Shown here: piece by piece, positions 45,324 to 56,187 of the stretch
Layout: each line of letters begins with the position of its first letter
Position numbering within the stretch: position 1 is the stretch's first letter
From: Candidatus Magasanikiibacteriota bacterium
Lineage (GTDB): Bacteria > Patescibacteriota > Patescibacteriia > Magasanikbacterales > UBA922
Direction of reading: 5' to 3'
Assembly (NCBI GenBank): GCA_014729395.1
Contig: WJJZ01000002.1
Location: forward strand, 673-64,672
Length of the DNA: 64,000 nucleotides
The notes under the pieces: model-generated
Database searches by the model: none
What the model was told of the DNA's origin: nothing
The model's input: only the letters and a program-made list of their open reading frames with translations
Program-made: the position numbers and the translations under genes

Positions 45324-47573
45324 ATGTTAGAAACAAAAAAGTGGTCCATTGAGTGGGGTGGACGCGAACTTACCGTAGAGGTAGGAAAGTTGGCATTGCT
45401 TGCCAGCGCTTCTTGTACTGTGCAGTATGGTGATACAACCATAATGGCCACAGTAGTTAAAAGTAAAGAAGAAAGAGAGGGAATAGATTATTTTCCGCTG
45501 TCGGTAGAGTTTGAGGAAAAACTTTATGCTGCCGGTAAAATTAAAGGTTCTCGTTTTATAAAAAGAGAAGGTAGACCCAGTGATGATGCTATATTATCAG
45601 GTCGATTGGTCGATAGATCAATCAGACCTCTTTTTGATGACAAGGTCAGAAATGATGTTCAGGTTGTTTTAACAGCCCTGTCGGTTGATTGTGAAAATGA
45701 TGCGGCTATTACAGCATTGGTAGCTGCCAGTGTTGTGCTTTCAATTTCAACGATTGCTTGGGATGGACCTATTGCTGGTGCTAGAATCGGTAGAGATAAA
45801 AATGGTGAATTTATTTTAAATGTTACAACTACTCAATTGGAGCAAGAGAGTGACCTGGATTTGGTTGTCGCCGGTACACCGGAAAAATTGGTAATGGTGG
45901 AAGCGGCCAGTAAGGAAGTTCCCGAGGAAATCATGTATGACGCAATGAAGTGGGGATGTTCTCAACTTCAACCGGTAGTAGAGATGATTTCAAAAATTCA
46001 AAAAGAAATCGGAGTGCAAAAAGAATCATCACCAAATGTGGCTGATGATGTTGACGATGTCGATGATAATGTAGAAGAAAAAGTTCGACAATTAACAAAA
46101 AAATTCGTATCTGACAAAGCAGAAGATATGATATTTAATTCTGTAAAGATTAGTCGCCAAGAGCGTGTAGCAATGGTTGATAAGATTAAAGAAGCAGCCA
46201 AAGAAATGTTGACTGAAAAAGGCTTCGAAGAAGATGAACAAAAAGCCGGTCTTAATAGAATTAAAGAATATGTGGCTGCGGAAATAACAAAAAAAATATT
46301 AAACGAAGATGTTAGACTTGACGGGAGGAAATTGAATCAAATCAGAAATTTGGAAGTTGAAATAGACCTTTTACCGAGAGTGCACGGCAGCGCTATGTTT
46401 ATGCGTGGAGATACTCAAGTATTATCCGTGGTTACTTTGGGTGCGCCGGGTGATGTACAGACTCTGGATACGATGGAAGAAGATGGTACAAAAAGATATA
46501 TGCATCACTATAATGATGCACCATATACGTATGGAGAAACCGGCTGGATGCGTGGTCCGGGCAGAAGAGCAATCGGACACGGAGCATTGGCTGAAAAAGC
46601 TTTGGAGCCGGTACTTCCAACCGAAGAAGATTTTCCTTATGCAATCAGGGTTGTTTCAGAAGTTCTTGGCGCAAATGGTTCCAGTTCAATGGCATCAACT
46701 TGCGGATCAAGCTTGTCGCTTATGGCTGCCGGAGTACCAATAAAAAAGCCGATCGCAGGGATTGCAATGGGCTTGGCTTCAGATACGGATGGCCGCTGGA
46801 AAGTTTTGACAGACCTTCAAGATGTTGAAGACGGTAAAGGAGGTATGGATTTTAAAATAACCGGTTCAGAAGACGGAATTACCGCAATGCAGATGGACAC
46901 AAAAACGAATGGTTTAAACTGGGATATTGTTGATACAACTCTTAAACAAGCTTTTGAAGCCAGAAAAGAAATATTGAATACTATGGCCAAGACTATTCCC
47001 GATCCAAAATCTGAATTGTCAAAATATGCTCCGAGAATAGAGACACTGCGTATTGATCCGGAAAAAATAGGTGATGTTATTGGTCCGGCAGGAAAAACCA
47101 TAAAGAAAATAATTGAAGAAACCGAAGCGGCGATCGACATCGAACAGGACGGCAGAGTTTTGATCACAACCAATGACATGAAGGCGATGGACGCGGCAAA
47201 AAAGATGATAAGTGACCTAACCAAAGAAGTTGAAGTCGGAGAGATTTATGAAGGAGAGGTTGTAAGATTGGAAGATTTTGGTGCTTTTGTTCAGATACTT
47301 CCAAATAAAGATGGAATGGTCCATGTTAGTGAAATTGCTTGGGAAAGAACCAACAAACCGGGAGATGTACTGAATCTGGGTGATAAAGTAAAAGTGAAAG
47401 TAAAAGAAATTGATAATCTGGGAAGAGTAAACCTTACAATGAAAGAACTTTTACCAAGACCCGAAAGACCAAAGCGCGATGCAAGCCCAAGACAAGGTGC
47501 GGGGGGTCGAAGAGATTTCAAACGATCTCAAGACAAAAAGCCCAGAAGAGGATTTTTCAAGAAAAAAAGATAG
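45324..47573 (+). CDS. pnp: Polyribonucleotide nucleotidyltransferase (PNPase)
   Basis: Two RNase PH domains, then KH (IGDVIGPAGKTIKKI), then S1, then a basic tail. Confidence 0.97.
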   Translation: MLETKKWSIEWGGRELTVEVGKLALLASASCTVQYGDTTIMATVVKSKEEREGIDYFPLSVEFEEKLYAAGKIKGSRFIKREGRPSDDAILSGRLVDRSIRPLFDDKVRNDVQVVLTALSVDCENDAAITALVAASVVLSISTIAWDGPIAGARIGRDKNGEFILNVTTTQLEQESDLDLVVAGTPEKLVMVEAASKEVPEEIMYDAMKWGCSQLQPVVEMISKIQKEIGVQKESSPNVADDVDDVDDNVEEKVRQLTKKFVSDKAEDMIFNSVKISRQERVAMVDKIKEAAKEMLTEKGFEEDEQKAGLNRIKEYVAAEITKKILNEDVRLDGRKLNQIRNLEVEIDLLPRVHGSAMFMRGDTQVLSVVTLGAPGDVQTLDTMEEDGTKRYMHHYNDAPYTYGETGWMRGPGRRAIGHGALAEKALEPVLPTEEDFPYAIRVVSEVLGANGSSSMASTCGSSLSLMAAGVPIKKPIAGIAMGLASDTDGRWKVLTDLQDVEDGKGGMDFKITGSEDGITAMQMDTKTNGLNWDIVDTTLKQAFEARKEILNTMAKTIPDPKSELSKYAPRIETLRIDPEKIGDVIGPAGKTIKKIIEETEAAIDIEQDGRVLITTNDMKAMDAAKKMISDLTKEVEVGEIYEGEVVRLEDFGAFVQILPNKDGMVHVSEIAWERTNKPGDVLNLGDKVKVKVKEIDNLGRVNLTMKELLPRPERPKRDASPRQGAGGRRDFKRSQDKKPRRGFFKKKR

Positions 47574-47578
47574 ATTTA

Positions 47579-47606
47579 CAAACCGCCCTTGTGGCGGTTT
47601 TTCTTG
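47579..47606 (+). terminator. Intrinsic terminator after pnp
   Basis: AAACCGCC-cttgt-GGCGGTTT plus TTCTT. Confidence 0.55.
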
Positions 47607-47678
47607 GTTGACAGGCTTAGTTTTTTCTTCTATATTAAAATAACTTCGATAATATTTTTATTTAGAAATAAACAAATT

Positions 47679-49565
47679 ATGAAAAATTTATTTAAAAATT
47701 TTGCCATTATATTTTTAAGTTTATTTGTAATCGCTTCTATTCTCAGCTTTGCCAGTTTTGATGATGAAAATGTAGAAGAGGTGGGTTTAAATACTTTGGT
47801 TAGAGAGATAAATAATGAAAGTGTAGAAAAAATTGAAGTCAAAGGCGATACATTGGTTATCACTCAGATGGGTGAAAACGCTCCTATCCAAGAAGTAAAG
47901 AAAGAAATGAACCAGTCTTTTTCCGAGTTAATGGATAACTATGGCGTTGAACCGGAAAAATTACAGAATATAGAAGTTATAGTATCTGATGACAGGGGCG
48001 CCGGTTATTGGCTTGCCGCTTTGGCTCCATATCTGTTACCTTTTTTACTTATAATAGGACTTATTTATTTTATGAGTCGACAGGTAAAAGGGGTAAATAA
48101 TACAGCTATGGGATTTGGTCAGAGTTCAGCCAAACAAAACAAACCGGGAGAAAAAGAAAAAAAGACATTCGAGGATGTAGCCGGTGCCAAAGAGGCAAAA
48201 GAGGAATTGGAAGAAGTTGTAGAGTTTTTAAAACATCCTAAAAAATTTGCAGATATTGGCGCAAAAATTCCCAAAGGAGTACTGCTTATGGGGCAGCCGG
48301 GCACTGGTAAAACATTATTGGCAAAGGCAGTAGCAGGTCAAGCCGATGTGCCATTTTTTCATATAAGTGGATCTGAATTTGTAGAGATGTTTGTTGGTGT
48401 AGGTGCTTCCAGGGTTAGAGATTTATTTAATAAGGCCAAAAAAGCGGCTCCGGCGATTATTTTTATAGATGAAATAGATGCGGTTGGTAGAAAACGCGGT
48501 GCCGGTCTGGGAGGAAGTCATGATGAAAGAGAACAAACTTTAAATCAGATTTTGGTTGAAATGGATGGTTTTGAACCAAATTCAGGTGTTATTGTTGTCG
48601 CGGCAACCAATCGTCCGGATGTTTTGGATAAAGCCTTGCTTCGTCCCGGAAGATTTGATAGAAGGGTAATAATTGATATGCCTGATATTAATGACAGAGA
48701 AGCTATATTAAAAGTTCATGCCAAAAATAAACCGATTGACAAAAGCGTTTCTCTTAGAAATTTGGCTGAAAGAACTCCGGGTTTCTCGGGAGCTGATTTG
48801 GCCAATTTATTAAATGAGGCAGCTATATTGGCTGTTAGAAGAGGTAAAAAGAAAATATATGAGGAAGACGTTTTGGAAAGTATTGAGAAGGTTTTGCTTG
48901 GACCTCAGAAAAAATCCAGAATTATGACCGATAAAGAAAGGGAGATGACAGCTTATCATGAGGCCGGACATGCTATAGTCGGACATTTTTTAGCTCATTG
49001 CGATCCGGTGAGAAAAGTCTCTATAGTCGGTCGCGGTATGGCCGGAGGTTATACACTCAGTATGCCGGAAAAAGATATTCGTTACCAAACGATGTCAAAA
49101 TTTAATGATGACCTAGCCATGACATTAGGGGGTTATGTAACGGAAAGATTGGTTTATGGCGATAGTGAATTATCGACAGGGCCTTCCAATGATTTAAAAC
49201 AAGCAACGGGGATGGCTACTTCAATGGTTATGCGGTATGGAATGAGCGACAGATTGGGACCCAGGCAATATGGAGAAAAAGAGGAATTGATTTTTTTGGC
49301 GCAAGAGATACATGACAAGAAAAATTACAGTGAAAAGACGGCCGAATTGATAGATGCAGAAATTAATAGAATTTTAGAGGATGCTAAAGAAAGAGCAAAA
49401 TCAATTGTTGAAAAAAATAAAGATAAGATGGACAAATTGGTAGAAGTTCTATTAGACAAAGAAACGGTTGAACAAAAAGAATTCATAGAAATTGTCGGCC
49501 CAAAGGTAAAAAAAAGTGAAAATGAAGACAAAAAAGAGGCTGAAGTTGTAGTGGAGGAAGTTTAA
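47679..49565 (+). CDS. ftsH: ATP-dependent zinc metalloprotease FtsH
   Basis: Two TM helices, AAA+ ([21 protein letters not shown]), HEAGHAIV. A terminator lies at 49589-49619. Confidence 0.97.
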   Translation: MKNLFKNFAIIFLSLFVIASILSFASFDDENVEEVGLNTLVREINNESVEKIEVKGDTLVITQMGENAPIQEVKKEMNQSFSELMDNYGVEPEKLQNIEVIVSDDRGAGYWLAALAPYLLPFLLIIGLIYFMSRQVKGVNNTAMGFGQSSAKQNKPGEKEKKTFEDVAGAKEAKEELEEVVEFLKHPKKFADIGAKIPKGVLLMGQPGTGKTLLAKAVAGQADVPFFHISGSEFVEMFVGVGASRVRDLFNKAKKAAPAIIFIDEIDAVGRKRGAGLGGSHDEREQTLNQILVEMDGFEPNSGVIVVAATNRPDVLDKALLRPGRFDRRVIIDMPDINDREAILKVHAKNKPIDKSVSLRNLAERTPGFSGADLANLLNEAAILAVRRGKKKIYEEDVLESIEKVLLGPQKKSRIMTDKEREMTAYHEAGHAIVGHFLAHCDPVRKVSIVGRGMAGGYTLSMPEKDIRYQTMSKFNDDLAMTLGGYVTERLVYGDSELSTGPSNDLKQATGMATSMVMRYGMSDRLGPRQYGEKEELIFLAQEIHDKKNYSEKTAELIDAEINRILEDAKERAKSIVEKNKDKMDKLVEVLLDKETVEQKEFIEIVGPKVKKSENEDKKEAEVVVEEV

Positions 49566-49627
49566 GAAAAATTTAAAATAATTTCAGGCAACCCCGGGTA
49601 TAATACTCGGGGTTTTTTGAATTTTTT

Positions 49628-50248
49628 ATGAAAAGATTATATAAAGGAAAATATAGAGTGGATACATTTAGATTAAGAGGGTGGGATTATAGCAGTAATG
49701 GTTATTATTTTATAACCATTTGTGTTAAGGATCGAAAAGAGGTGTTTGGAGGGGTTGTAAATGGGGTTATGGTTTTAAATAAAGTCGGTTTAATTGCCCA
49801 TAATTTTTGGTTAGAAATTCCAAACCATTTTTGTCATGTATTTTTGGATGAATTTGTCATTATGCCGGACCATGTTCATGGAATTATTTTGATTGATGGT
49901 GGACATGATAGCGGCGTTGCAATGCAACGTCGCCACAACAACCACAACAGTGCAATGCAACGTCGCCACAACAATGAGATACCATTGCAACATTATAACC
50001 AAACACAGAAAAATCAATATATGTCCAAAATTTCACCCAAACCAGGATCAATCCCAACAATTATCAGATCCTATAAATCAATTTGTACCAGAACCATTAA
50101 TAAATTAAATGGTGGTGCAGTGAATTTTTCCTGGCAATCCCTATACCATGATCATGTTATCAGAGATAAATTTGCATTAAACCAAATTCGGAAATATATT
50201 AGAGAAAATCCGATAAATTGGGGCAAGAAAAAACCCCACCGACGCTAA
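49628..50248 (+). CDS. REP-associated tyrosine transposase (IS200/IS605-like Y1 HuH, RAYT)
   Basis: YFITICVKDR, HuH motif MPDHVHGIIL, and a catalytic-Tyr region WQSLYHDHVIRD. An in-frame 27/30-bp tandem repeat lies at 49915-49980. Confidence 0.8.
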   Translation: MKRLYKGKYRVDTFRLRGWDYSSNGYYFITICVKDRKEVFGGVVNGVMVLNKVGLIAHNFWLEIPNHFCHVFLDEFVIMPDHVHGIILIDGGHDSGVAMQRRHNNHNSAMQRRHNNEIPLQHYNQTQKNQYMSKISPKPGSIPTIIRSYKSICTRTINKLNGGAVNFSWQSLYHDHVIRDKFALNQIRKYIRENPINWGKKKPHRR

Positions 50249-50267
50249 GCATCGATGGGGGTTTTGT

Positions 50268-50489
50268 TTATTCCTCCGCGTAAATGACCGTGGTCACAAT
50301 CCGCAAGACACCACACAGCATTGGTGTCGGCGAGGTGTAGGTGTGGCTTTGCCGCATTGCTATAATTTTTATATTGTTACTATTAGCCAACCATTGGTCC
50401 ATCTGCACATGTTTGTAACCCTCTTCCGGGTGTTTTTTTCTGGAGCTTGGGTCAATCTGGATACTCGCGTGAAAAACTTTTGTTTTCAT
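50268..50489 (-). CDS. Small protein (73 aa), paralog of 50486-50722
   Basis: MKTKVF... About 30 % identity with the upstream paralog. ATGA start/stop overlap. Confidence 0.4.
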   Translation of the reverse strand: MKTKVFHASIQIDPSSRKKHPEEGYKHVQMDQWLANSNNIKIIAMRQSHTYTSPTPMLCGVLRIVTTVIYAEE

Positions 50490-50722
50490 TCTTTCTCCTT
50501 GTAGGTGATAGTCGTCGCAATTTCAATCCAGTCAAGTATTATACCGGTCAGTGTGATTTGTGTTGGGTGGTATATGCTTTCTTGGTTTACTGAAATGACT
50601 GTTATCCTCGGATTATTTTTCAACCATTTTTTGGCTCGGTCCATGTAATCATAACTTTCCTTTGGGAAATGGTTATGACTTAGACGAGGTTGACATCTTT
50701 CACGGAAAATTTTTGTTTTCAT
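50486..50722 (-). CDS. Small protein (78 aa), paralog of 50268-50489
   Basis: Start taken at MKTKIF. ATGA overlap with the stop of 50719..51099. Confidence 0.4.
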   Translation of the reverse strand: MKTKIFRERCQPRLSHNHFPKESYDYMDRAKKWLKNNPRITVISVNQESIYHPTQITLTGIILDWIEIATTITYKEKE

Positions 50723-51099
50723 TTCTTTTCTTCCTTTCTCTCCAACTCTTCCAGCCATTTCTTGGCGTCTTCTTTGGATTCAATCTGTGCCAGTATATGG
50801 AAAACAAAGTGGTCGACTCCGACTGGCATTAAATCTCGCATAATTATTGTCTCCCGCCATGTTTTGGGCAGCATCACTTTCAGGGTCAAATAGATAGCGG
50901 GGAGGGGTCTTGGAAAGAAGTCTTCAGACCTTTCAATTACGGAGATTTTTTTAATTTGAATATAATATTTTTTTCTTCTCTTGGAGTATCCTTTAATATC
51001 CACATACTTGTATACGTTTTTTTCACTAGGGAGTGTCTTAAGTAAGGTAATCAGGTCGCTTGGCGAAGCACCGAGCTTCATTTCTGTGTAGTCTCGCAT
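50719..51099 (-). CDS. Hypothetical protein, 126 aa (first gene of a three-gene translationally coupled operon)
   Basis: Open frame. Overlapping stops and starts with the downstream small paralogs. Confidence 0.45.
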   Translation of the reverse strand: MRDYTEMKLGASPSDLITLLKTLPSEKNVYKYVDIKGYSKRRKKYYIQIKKISVIERSEDFFPRPLPAIYLTLKVMLPKTWRETIIMRDLMPVGVDHFVFHILAQIESKEDAKKWLEELERKEEKK

Positions 51100-51137
51100 T
51101 TCGTCCTCCTATGATATGGGTTCAAACATTTTTGTAG

Positions 51138-51250
51138 GGGCGTTTGTCATTCCCGTCCCCGTCTGCACGAGGATAAACTCCAGCGGGAATCCAGGAGAGA
51201 AGTTCGTTGTAATATGCTTGATTCCCGCCTTCGCGGGAATGACACGATGC
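51138..51250. repeat. GC-rich REP/MITE-like palindromic element, copy 2
   Basis: GTCATTCCCG...CGGGAATCCAG and ATTCCCGC-CTTC-GCGGGAAT. The latter is the exact reverse complement of the copy-1 hairpin. Confidence 0.7.
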
Positions 51251-51427
51251 TGTTCGATTTTATCCTCTAATACGGGGAGGAAAATGAAATTTAAAATGAT
51301 TTAAATATCTAAAAACAAAATAGCAAAAAAAAATTATTTTGTCCTAAATAATTGACATTCTAGCTAAATTTATTTTAATTACTTGTAAAATTTATTATAT
51401 TTTAGTATAATATTTTAAATATAAATT

Positions 51428-52192
51428 TTGTCAAAAAATATCAACAAAATGAGACCCACACCACAAATAATGGAAAATTTAGGTTTTGGAGAAAAAGAAT
51501 CAAAAGTATATTTAGCCTTGCTTGAATTGGGCGAAGCCGGGGTGCTTAGTATTGCCAAGCGAGCAAAATTAAAGCGAACTACAGTATATCCAATTTTGGA
51601 TAATTTAATTCATGAGGGTTTGGTCAGAAAAACAAAAAAGAAGAAAAAATATTATTATTTTGTTGAAGATGTAAATGATTTAAAAAAATCTTTGGAGCAA
51701 AAACAACGCGCTTTTGACTTGGTGTTACCTCAGTTGAAAGCCATGCATAACGTTATCCCAAGGAAACCAAAAATTTTTTATTATGAAGGATTGGGGGGGA
51801 TGCGGGAGTTTTATCTTAAAATTTTAAATAGTTTAAATGCCGGGAGTACCATATATGAATTTGTTGGTGCTGAAAATTTTGATCGCATTATTCCGGATGA
51901 GTTTATAAAGTTTTATCCCGAGGAAAGGGTTAGAAGAAAAATATCTATAAAAACCATCGCCTCCATATCCACCGCTTCAAAACAATGGTCCAAATATTCA
52001 GAAAAATATTTACGTAAAATTAAATATGCCAAAGGTGAGGATATGGATTTTGTTGCTAATATGCAAATATACAATAAAGGTGTTGGAATTATTTCTTACA
52101 AGGATGATTTTCTAGCAGTGATAATAGAAAGCAAAGATATCCAGAAAATGATGAAATCCGCTTTTAACCTGATGTGGAAATTTCTCGAATAA
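51428..52192 (+). CDS. TrmB-family transcriptional regulator (paralog of 17985-18752)
   Basis: wHTH SKVYLALLELGEAGVLSIAKRAKLKRTTVYPILDNLIHEGLV. Confidence 0.7.
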   Translation: MSKNINKMRPTPQIMENLGFGEKESKVYLALLELGEAGVLSIAKRAKLKRTTVYPILDNLIHEGLVRKTKKKKKYYYFVEDVNDLKKSLEQKQRAFDLVLPQLKAMHNVIPRKPKIFYYEGLGGMREFYLKILNSLNAGSTIYEFVGAENFDRIIPDEFIKFYPEERVRRKISIKTIASISTASKQWSKYSEKYLRKIKYAKGEDMDFVANMQIYNKGVGIISYKDDFLAVIIESKDIQKMMKSAFNLMWKFLE

Positions 52193-52270
52193 TTAGTCCG
52201 CATACTGTTATTATGCTATAATTAATATATTAATTAACTCAAGGAACTTGTTCATTTTTAAATAAAATTT

Positions 52271-53251
52271 ATGAAAGAACCTTTATATTCCACAGCTTTA
52301 AAGGAAAGTCTAAATTTGGCTTGGAACCATAAATTATTATGGCTTTTTGGAATTTTCGCCACTTTATTGGGGCAGATGGGTATTTTGGATATTTTGATTA
52401 AAACCGGTAAAGCCGGTTCGACCTTCGCTTTATATCCAAACTGGTTGGTATTACCAAAATTCATAATAAAATCACTCATACAGGCGATTAATAACGGTTC
52501 AGAGGTATTGTGGGTGATTTGTTTGATATTAATTATAGTCGGTTTAATAATCTTTTTTGTATTTTTAGCTGTTGTTTCGCAAGGAGCGATAATTCACTCG
52601 GCGGCTAAATATATTAAGAGCCGTAGCAACAAAATGCCTGACGTTGGTCAAGCCTGGCATGTTGGAGTCGAACATTTCTGGAGATTGTTTTTTATAAACT
52701 TACTAAAAAAAGCTATAATAATTTTAATGGCGGTAATGGTAGGCTGGGCTACTTTGAGTGTTTTAAATTCAGGTCAAGGGGTGGATGTACTTGTTTTTTT
52801 TGCAATATTTCTTATTGCTTCATTTATAGGATTTGTTTTATCATTTTGGAGCATATATGCGGCAGCTTATGTTGTTGTGGAAGAATTTGGATTATGGAAA
52901 GCAATAAAATCGTCTTGGAAATTATTTACTGATCATTGGTTGGTCTCAATTGAAGTTGCTCTGATTATTTTAGCATTAAATTTTATCCTTGCTCTCATTG
53001 TGTTACTTGGTTTTTTTGTGTTGTTTTTTCCTACTCTAGTGATATGGTTCATATCGGTTATGACCGTAAATATTGTATTGTATAATATTGGAATGTTTAT
53101 TGGCTTGGTATTGTTTACTGGTTTTATAATATTATTAGGGTCTTTTTTTACCGTATACACTACAACCGTATGGACTTATTTATTCATGAAAATGCATAAA
53201 AAAGGTATTGTAAGTAGAATTTTACATACTTTTTATCCTAAAATGAAGTAA
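52271..53251 (+). CDS. Polytopic membrane protein, unknown function
   Basis: About 8 hydrophobic helices. Immediately upstream of the pilus ATPase gene, with a 1-nt gap. Confidence 0.5.
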   Translation: MKEPLYSTALKESLNLAWNHKLLWLFGIFATLLGQMGILDILIKTGKAGSTFALYPNWLVLPKFIIKSLIQAINNGSEVLWVICLILIIVGLIIFFVFLAVVSQGAIIHSAAKYIKSRSNKMPDVGQAWHVGVEHFWRLFFINLLKKAIIILMAVMVGWATLSVLNSGQGVDVLVFFAIFLIASFIGFVLSFWSIYAAAYVVVEEFGLWKAIKSSWKLFTDHWLVSIEVALIILALNFILALIVLLGFFVLFFPTLVIWFISVMTVNIVLYNIGMFIGLVLFTGFIILLGSFFTVYTTTVWTYLFMKMHKKGIVSRILHTFYPKMK

Positions 53252-53252
53252 T

Positions 53253-54989
53253 ATGAGTGATTTTCCTTCAATTAGCGATTTGGTTTCCAACAATAAAAAA
53301 CAAAAAGTTCAGACTGATAAAGATAGTCAGTCTTTGGGTACTGCAAGTGCCAGCCAGAAGCTAAAAAAGAAAATGACTGAGGTTAAAGAAAAAGAAAGAG
53401 AAGTACAAACAATGAGGGAGGCAGCAAAAAAGGGATTTCCGCATATTGACTTGGAAAATTTTCCTATCAACCAAGAGGCTTTGCGACAGCTTCCAAAAGA
53501 AGAGGCGGAAAAATTGCAAGCGGTTTGTTTTTATGCCACGCCTGCAGAATTGAGAATAGGGGCAATTGATCCGACAGATAAAAAAGTTGAGGATTTGATG
53601 CATAGACTTCAAGAAAGAAATCATGCTCACGGAATAATATATGCAATATCGGAAGATTCTTTAAATAGAGTGCTGAAATTATATGAAAATCTTCCGGTTA
53701 TAAAACCGGTAAGTAAAGATATCCAGATAAAGGAAGAAGAGTTGGAAAAAGTAAAAGCCAATGTAAATGACTTTAGGAGTTTACAAGAATTATTAAATAA
53801 GAAAAGCGTAACTGATTTACTGGTGTTTTTATTAGGTGCGTCTTTGAAATTGGATGCTTCAGATCTTCATATAGAAGCTGAGGAGGAAGGAATAATAGTG
53901 CGACTAAGATTGGATGGAATTTTACACGACGCAGCTGAATTACCAAAAGATGCTTATAAAAAATTAATTTCAAGAATAAAATTGGTTTCATCACTGAAAA
54001 TTAATATAACTGATAAACCACAAGACGGTAGGTTTACAATAAAATTAAAAAACGGTGATGTGGATGTGCGTGTTTCCACTATTCCGACAATTTATGGAGA
54101 AAGTGTTGTTATGAGACTTTTGCGTCAAGACAGAAAAGGTTTAACTTTGGATAAATTGGGTATCAGTGGATCTGCTTTTGATAAGTTGATGGTTGAAATT
54201 CAAAGACCAAACGGAATGATTATAGCCACAGGTCCCACGGGTAGTGGTAAAACGACTACCCTTTATGCCATCATGCAGTTGCTAAATAAGCCCGGTGTAA
54301 AGATAATAACTTTGGAGGATCCGGTTGAATATAAAATCGAAGGAATCAATCAGAGTCAAATAGATCGAAGCAAAGAATATACTTTTGCCAGCGGTTTGAG
54401 ATCAATGCTGCGTCAAGATCCGGATATCGCTATGGTTGGAGAAATAAGAGATTTGGAGACCGCCGATATAGCTATCCAAGCTTCTTTAACCGGACATTTA
54501 ATGCTTTCGACTATTCATACCAATAATGCATCGGGAGCAATTCCCAGGTTTTTATCAATGGGTGTAAAACCTTTTTTATTAGCACCGGCCTTAAATTGCG
54601 TAATCGGTCAAAGATTGGTTCGAAAATTATGTGATGAATGCAAGAAAGAAACAAAATTATCAGAAAGCGATTTGAAAAGAGTAAATAAAATAATAGAATC
54701 AATGCCCGAGAAAGACAGAGCTGATCTAAATGAGAAAAATTTGACTTTCTATGAGCCGGGTGAATGTACAGAATGCAATAACATTGGTTATAGTGGTCGC
54801 GTTGGTATATATGAAATTTTTGTTATGATAAAAGAAATCGAAGAAATGGTTCTCTCAACAAAAGTATCCGAGACAGAGATTGAGGAAACAGCTATTAAAA
54901 ACGGAATGATGACAATGGTGCAAGATGGTATTAAAAAAGCGGCACAAGGTATAACCTCGGTATCGGAAGTATTTAGAGTAATTGAATAA
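53253..54989 (+). CDS. pilB: Type IV pilus / type II secretion assembly ATPase (PilB/GspE family)
   Basis: N-terminal GSPII_E_N-like region, Walker A ATGPTGSGKTTT, Asp and His boxes, and a tetracysteine CDECKKE...CTECNN. Confidence 0.9.
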   Translation: MSDFPSISDLVSNNKKQKVQTDKDSQSLGTASASQKLKKKMTEVKEKEREVQTMREAAKKGFPHIDLENFPINQEALRQLPKEEAEKLQAVCFYATPAELRIGAIDPTDKKVEDLMHRLQERNHAHGIIYAISEDSLNRVLKLYENLPVIKPVSKDIQIKEEELEKVKANVNDFRSLQELLNKKSVTDLLVFLLGASLKLDASDLHIEAEEEGIIVRLRLDGILHDAAELPKDAYKKLISRIKLVSSLKINITDKPQDGRFTIKLKNGDVDVRVSTIPTIYGESVVMRLLRQDRKGLTLDKLGISGSAFDKLMVEIQRPNGMIIATGPTGSGKTTTLYAIMQLLNKPGVKIITLEDPVEYKIEGINQSQIDRSKEYTFASGLRSMLRQDPDIAMVGEIRDLETADIAIQASLTGHLMLSTIHTNNASGAIPRFLSMGVKPFLLAPALNCVIGQRLVRKLCDECKKETKLSESDLKRVNKIIESMPEKDRADLNEKNLTFYEPGECTECNNIGYSGRVGIYEIFVMIKEIEEMVLSTKVSETEIEETAIKNGMMTMVQDGIKKAAQGITSVSEVFRVIE

Positions 54990-55011
54990 AAAAATAATAA
55001 AAAAATAATCT

Positions 55012-56154
55012 ATGACCCCTAGAAGACATGAAACTAAAATACCCGGTAATCAACCAATAAGATTTTATAAAATAGTTGCTCTTACTTTTTTATTGCTGAC
55101 AATTGGATTGTTTGCTGTTATTATTTTTATGTCTTCCAAGGAAGCTGAGATTATTGTGACTACGAAATCATCAGCTATAGAAATAAATCGGCAACTTGAG
55201 ATCGGCGAGTCTTCGGCACCAAATAGTATAGACGGTATTGTTACTTCCACTGAAATAACAATTACGGAAAAATTTTCACCAAGCGGAGAGAAGGAAGAAT
55301 TGGGTAAAGCGGGTGGTGTGGTAACAATTCACAATGAGAGTTCAAGTAATCAAATTCTGGTAGCTACAACAAGGTTGTTAACCCCGGAGGGTGTGCTTTT
55401 TAGATTGGATGATAGAGTAAGCATTCCGGCCGGTTCAACTGTAGAGGCAGTTGCTCATGCTGACCAAGAAGGTGAAATCGGTGAGGTCGGTCCTGTAGAA
55501 AGATTTTCCATACCCGGTTTGAGTGAATCCAGTCAAAAATTTATCTATGCCACGAGTAACGAAGCTATGACCGGCGGGGTTAAACAAGTTGGAGTACTTT
55601 CAGCAGAAGATATTAGAAAAGCGGAGAAAATTTTGTCGGATAAAGTTGAGTCGAGAGCGGAAGAAGAGTTCGCTAAATTATTTCCAAATAAGAATTTCAT
55701 TGTATCTATTTCAAACATCAAGCAAGTACAAAGTGACGTCGAAGTTGGAGAAAAAGTGTCTGAGTTTAATGTCACACTTGTTGCTGAGGTTGCCGGTGTA
55801 TTTTATGAAGCTGAGGACTTGGAAACTTGGGCCGTGAGCATGCTTATGAAAAGGGCTATTGATCAATCAGAAATAATTGAAGCATCCGAAGATCCACCGA
55901 CGGTTATTCTGGAGAGTTTAGATAATAAGAAGGCTGTGGTTAATGTAGTATATACCGGTCTTGCGTCCTTAAATCCAGAAGGCAAGCAGCTGCAAAAAAG
56001 TATTTTTTTCGGTAAAACAAAGGATGAAGCCAGACGTTATTTACTGTCATTGGATCATGTACATAGTGCTGAAGTGAAATTCAAACCGGCATGGATGCGT
56101 ACTATTCCTCATGTATCGGATAAGGTAACCATAGTTATAAAAAAAGTGGATTAA
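55012..56154 (+). CDS. Hypothetical membrane-anchored protein, 380 aa
   Basis: An N-terminal TM helix then a soluble domain. It sits in a cluster with the pilus ATPase. Confidence 0.5.
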   Translation: MTPRRHETKIPGNQPIRFYKIVALTFLLLTIGLFAVIIFMSSKEAEIIVTTKSSAIEINRQLEIGESSAPNSIDGIVTSTEITITEKFSPSGEKEELGKAGGVVTIHNESSSNQILVATTRLLTPEGVLFRLDDRVSIPAGSTVEAVAHADQEGEIGEVGPVERFSIPGLSESSQKFIYATSNEAMTGGVKQVGVLSAEDIRKAEKILSDKVESRAEEEFAKLFPNKNFIVSISNIKQVQSDVEVGEKVSEFNVTLVAEVAGVFYEAEDLETWAVSMLMKRAIDQSEIIEASEDPPTVILESLDNKKAVVNVVYTGLASLNPEGKQLQKSIFFGKTKDEARRYLLSLDHVHSAEVKFKPAWMRTIPHVSDKVTIVIKKVD

Positions 56155-56158
56155 ATAT

Positions 56159-56187
56159 TTGACAGTTTTTACATAATTAATTATATT
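56159..56187 (+). promoter_or_regulatory. Sigma70-type promoter of the thrS leader (TTGACA-17-TATATT)
   Basis: Exact -35 hexamer, 17-nt spacer. Confidence 0.5.
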
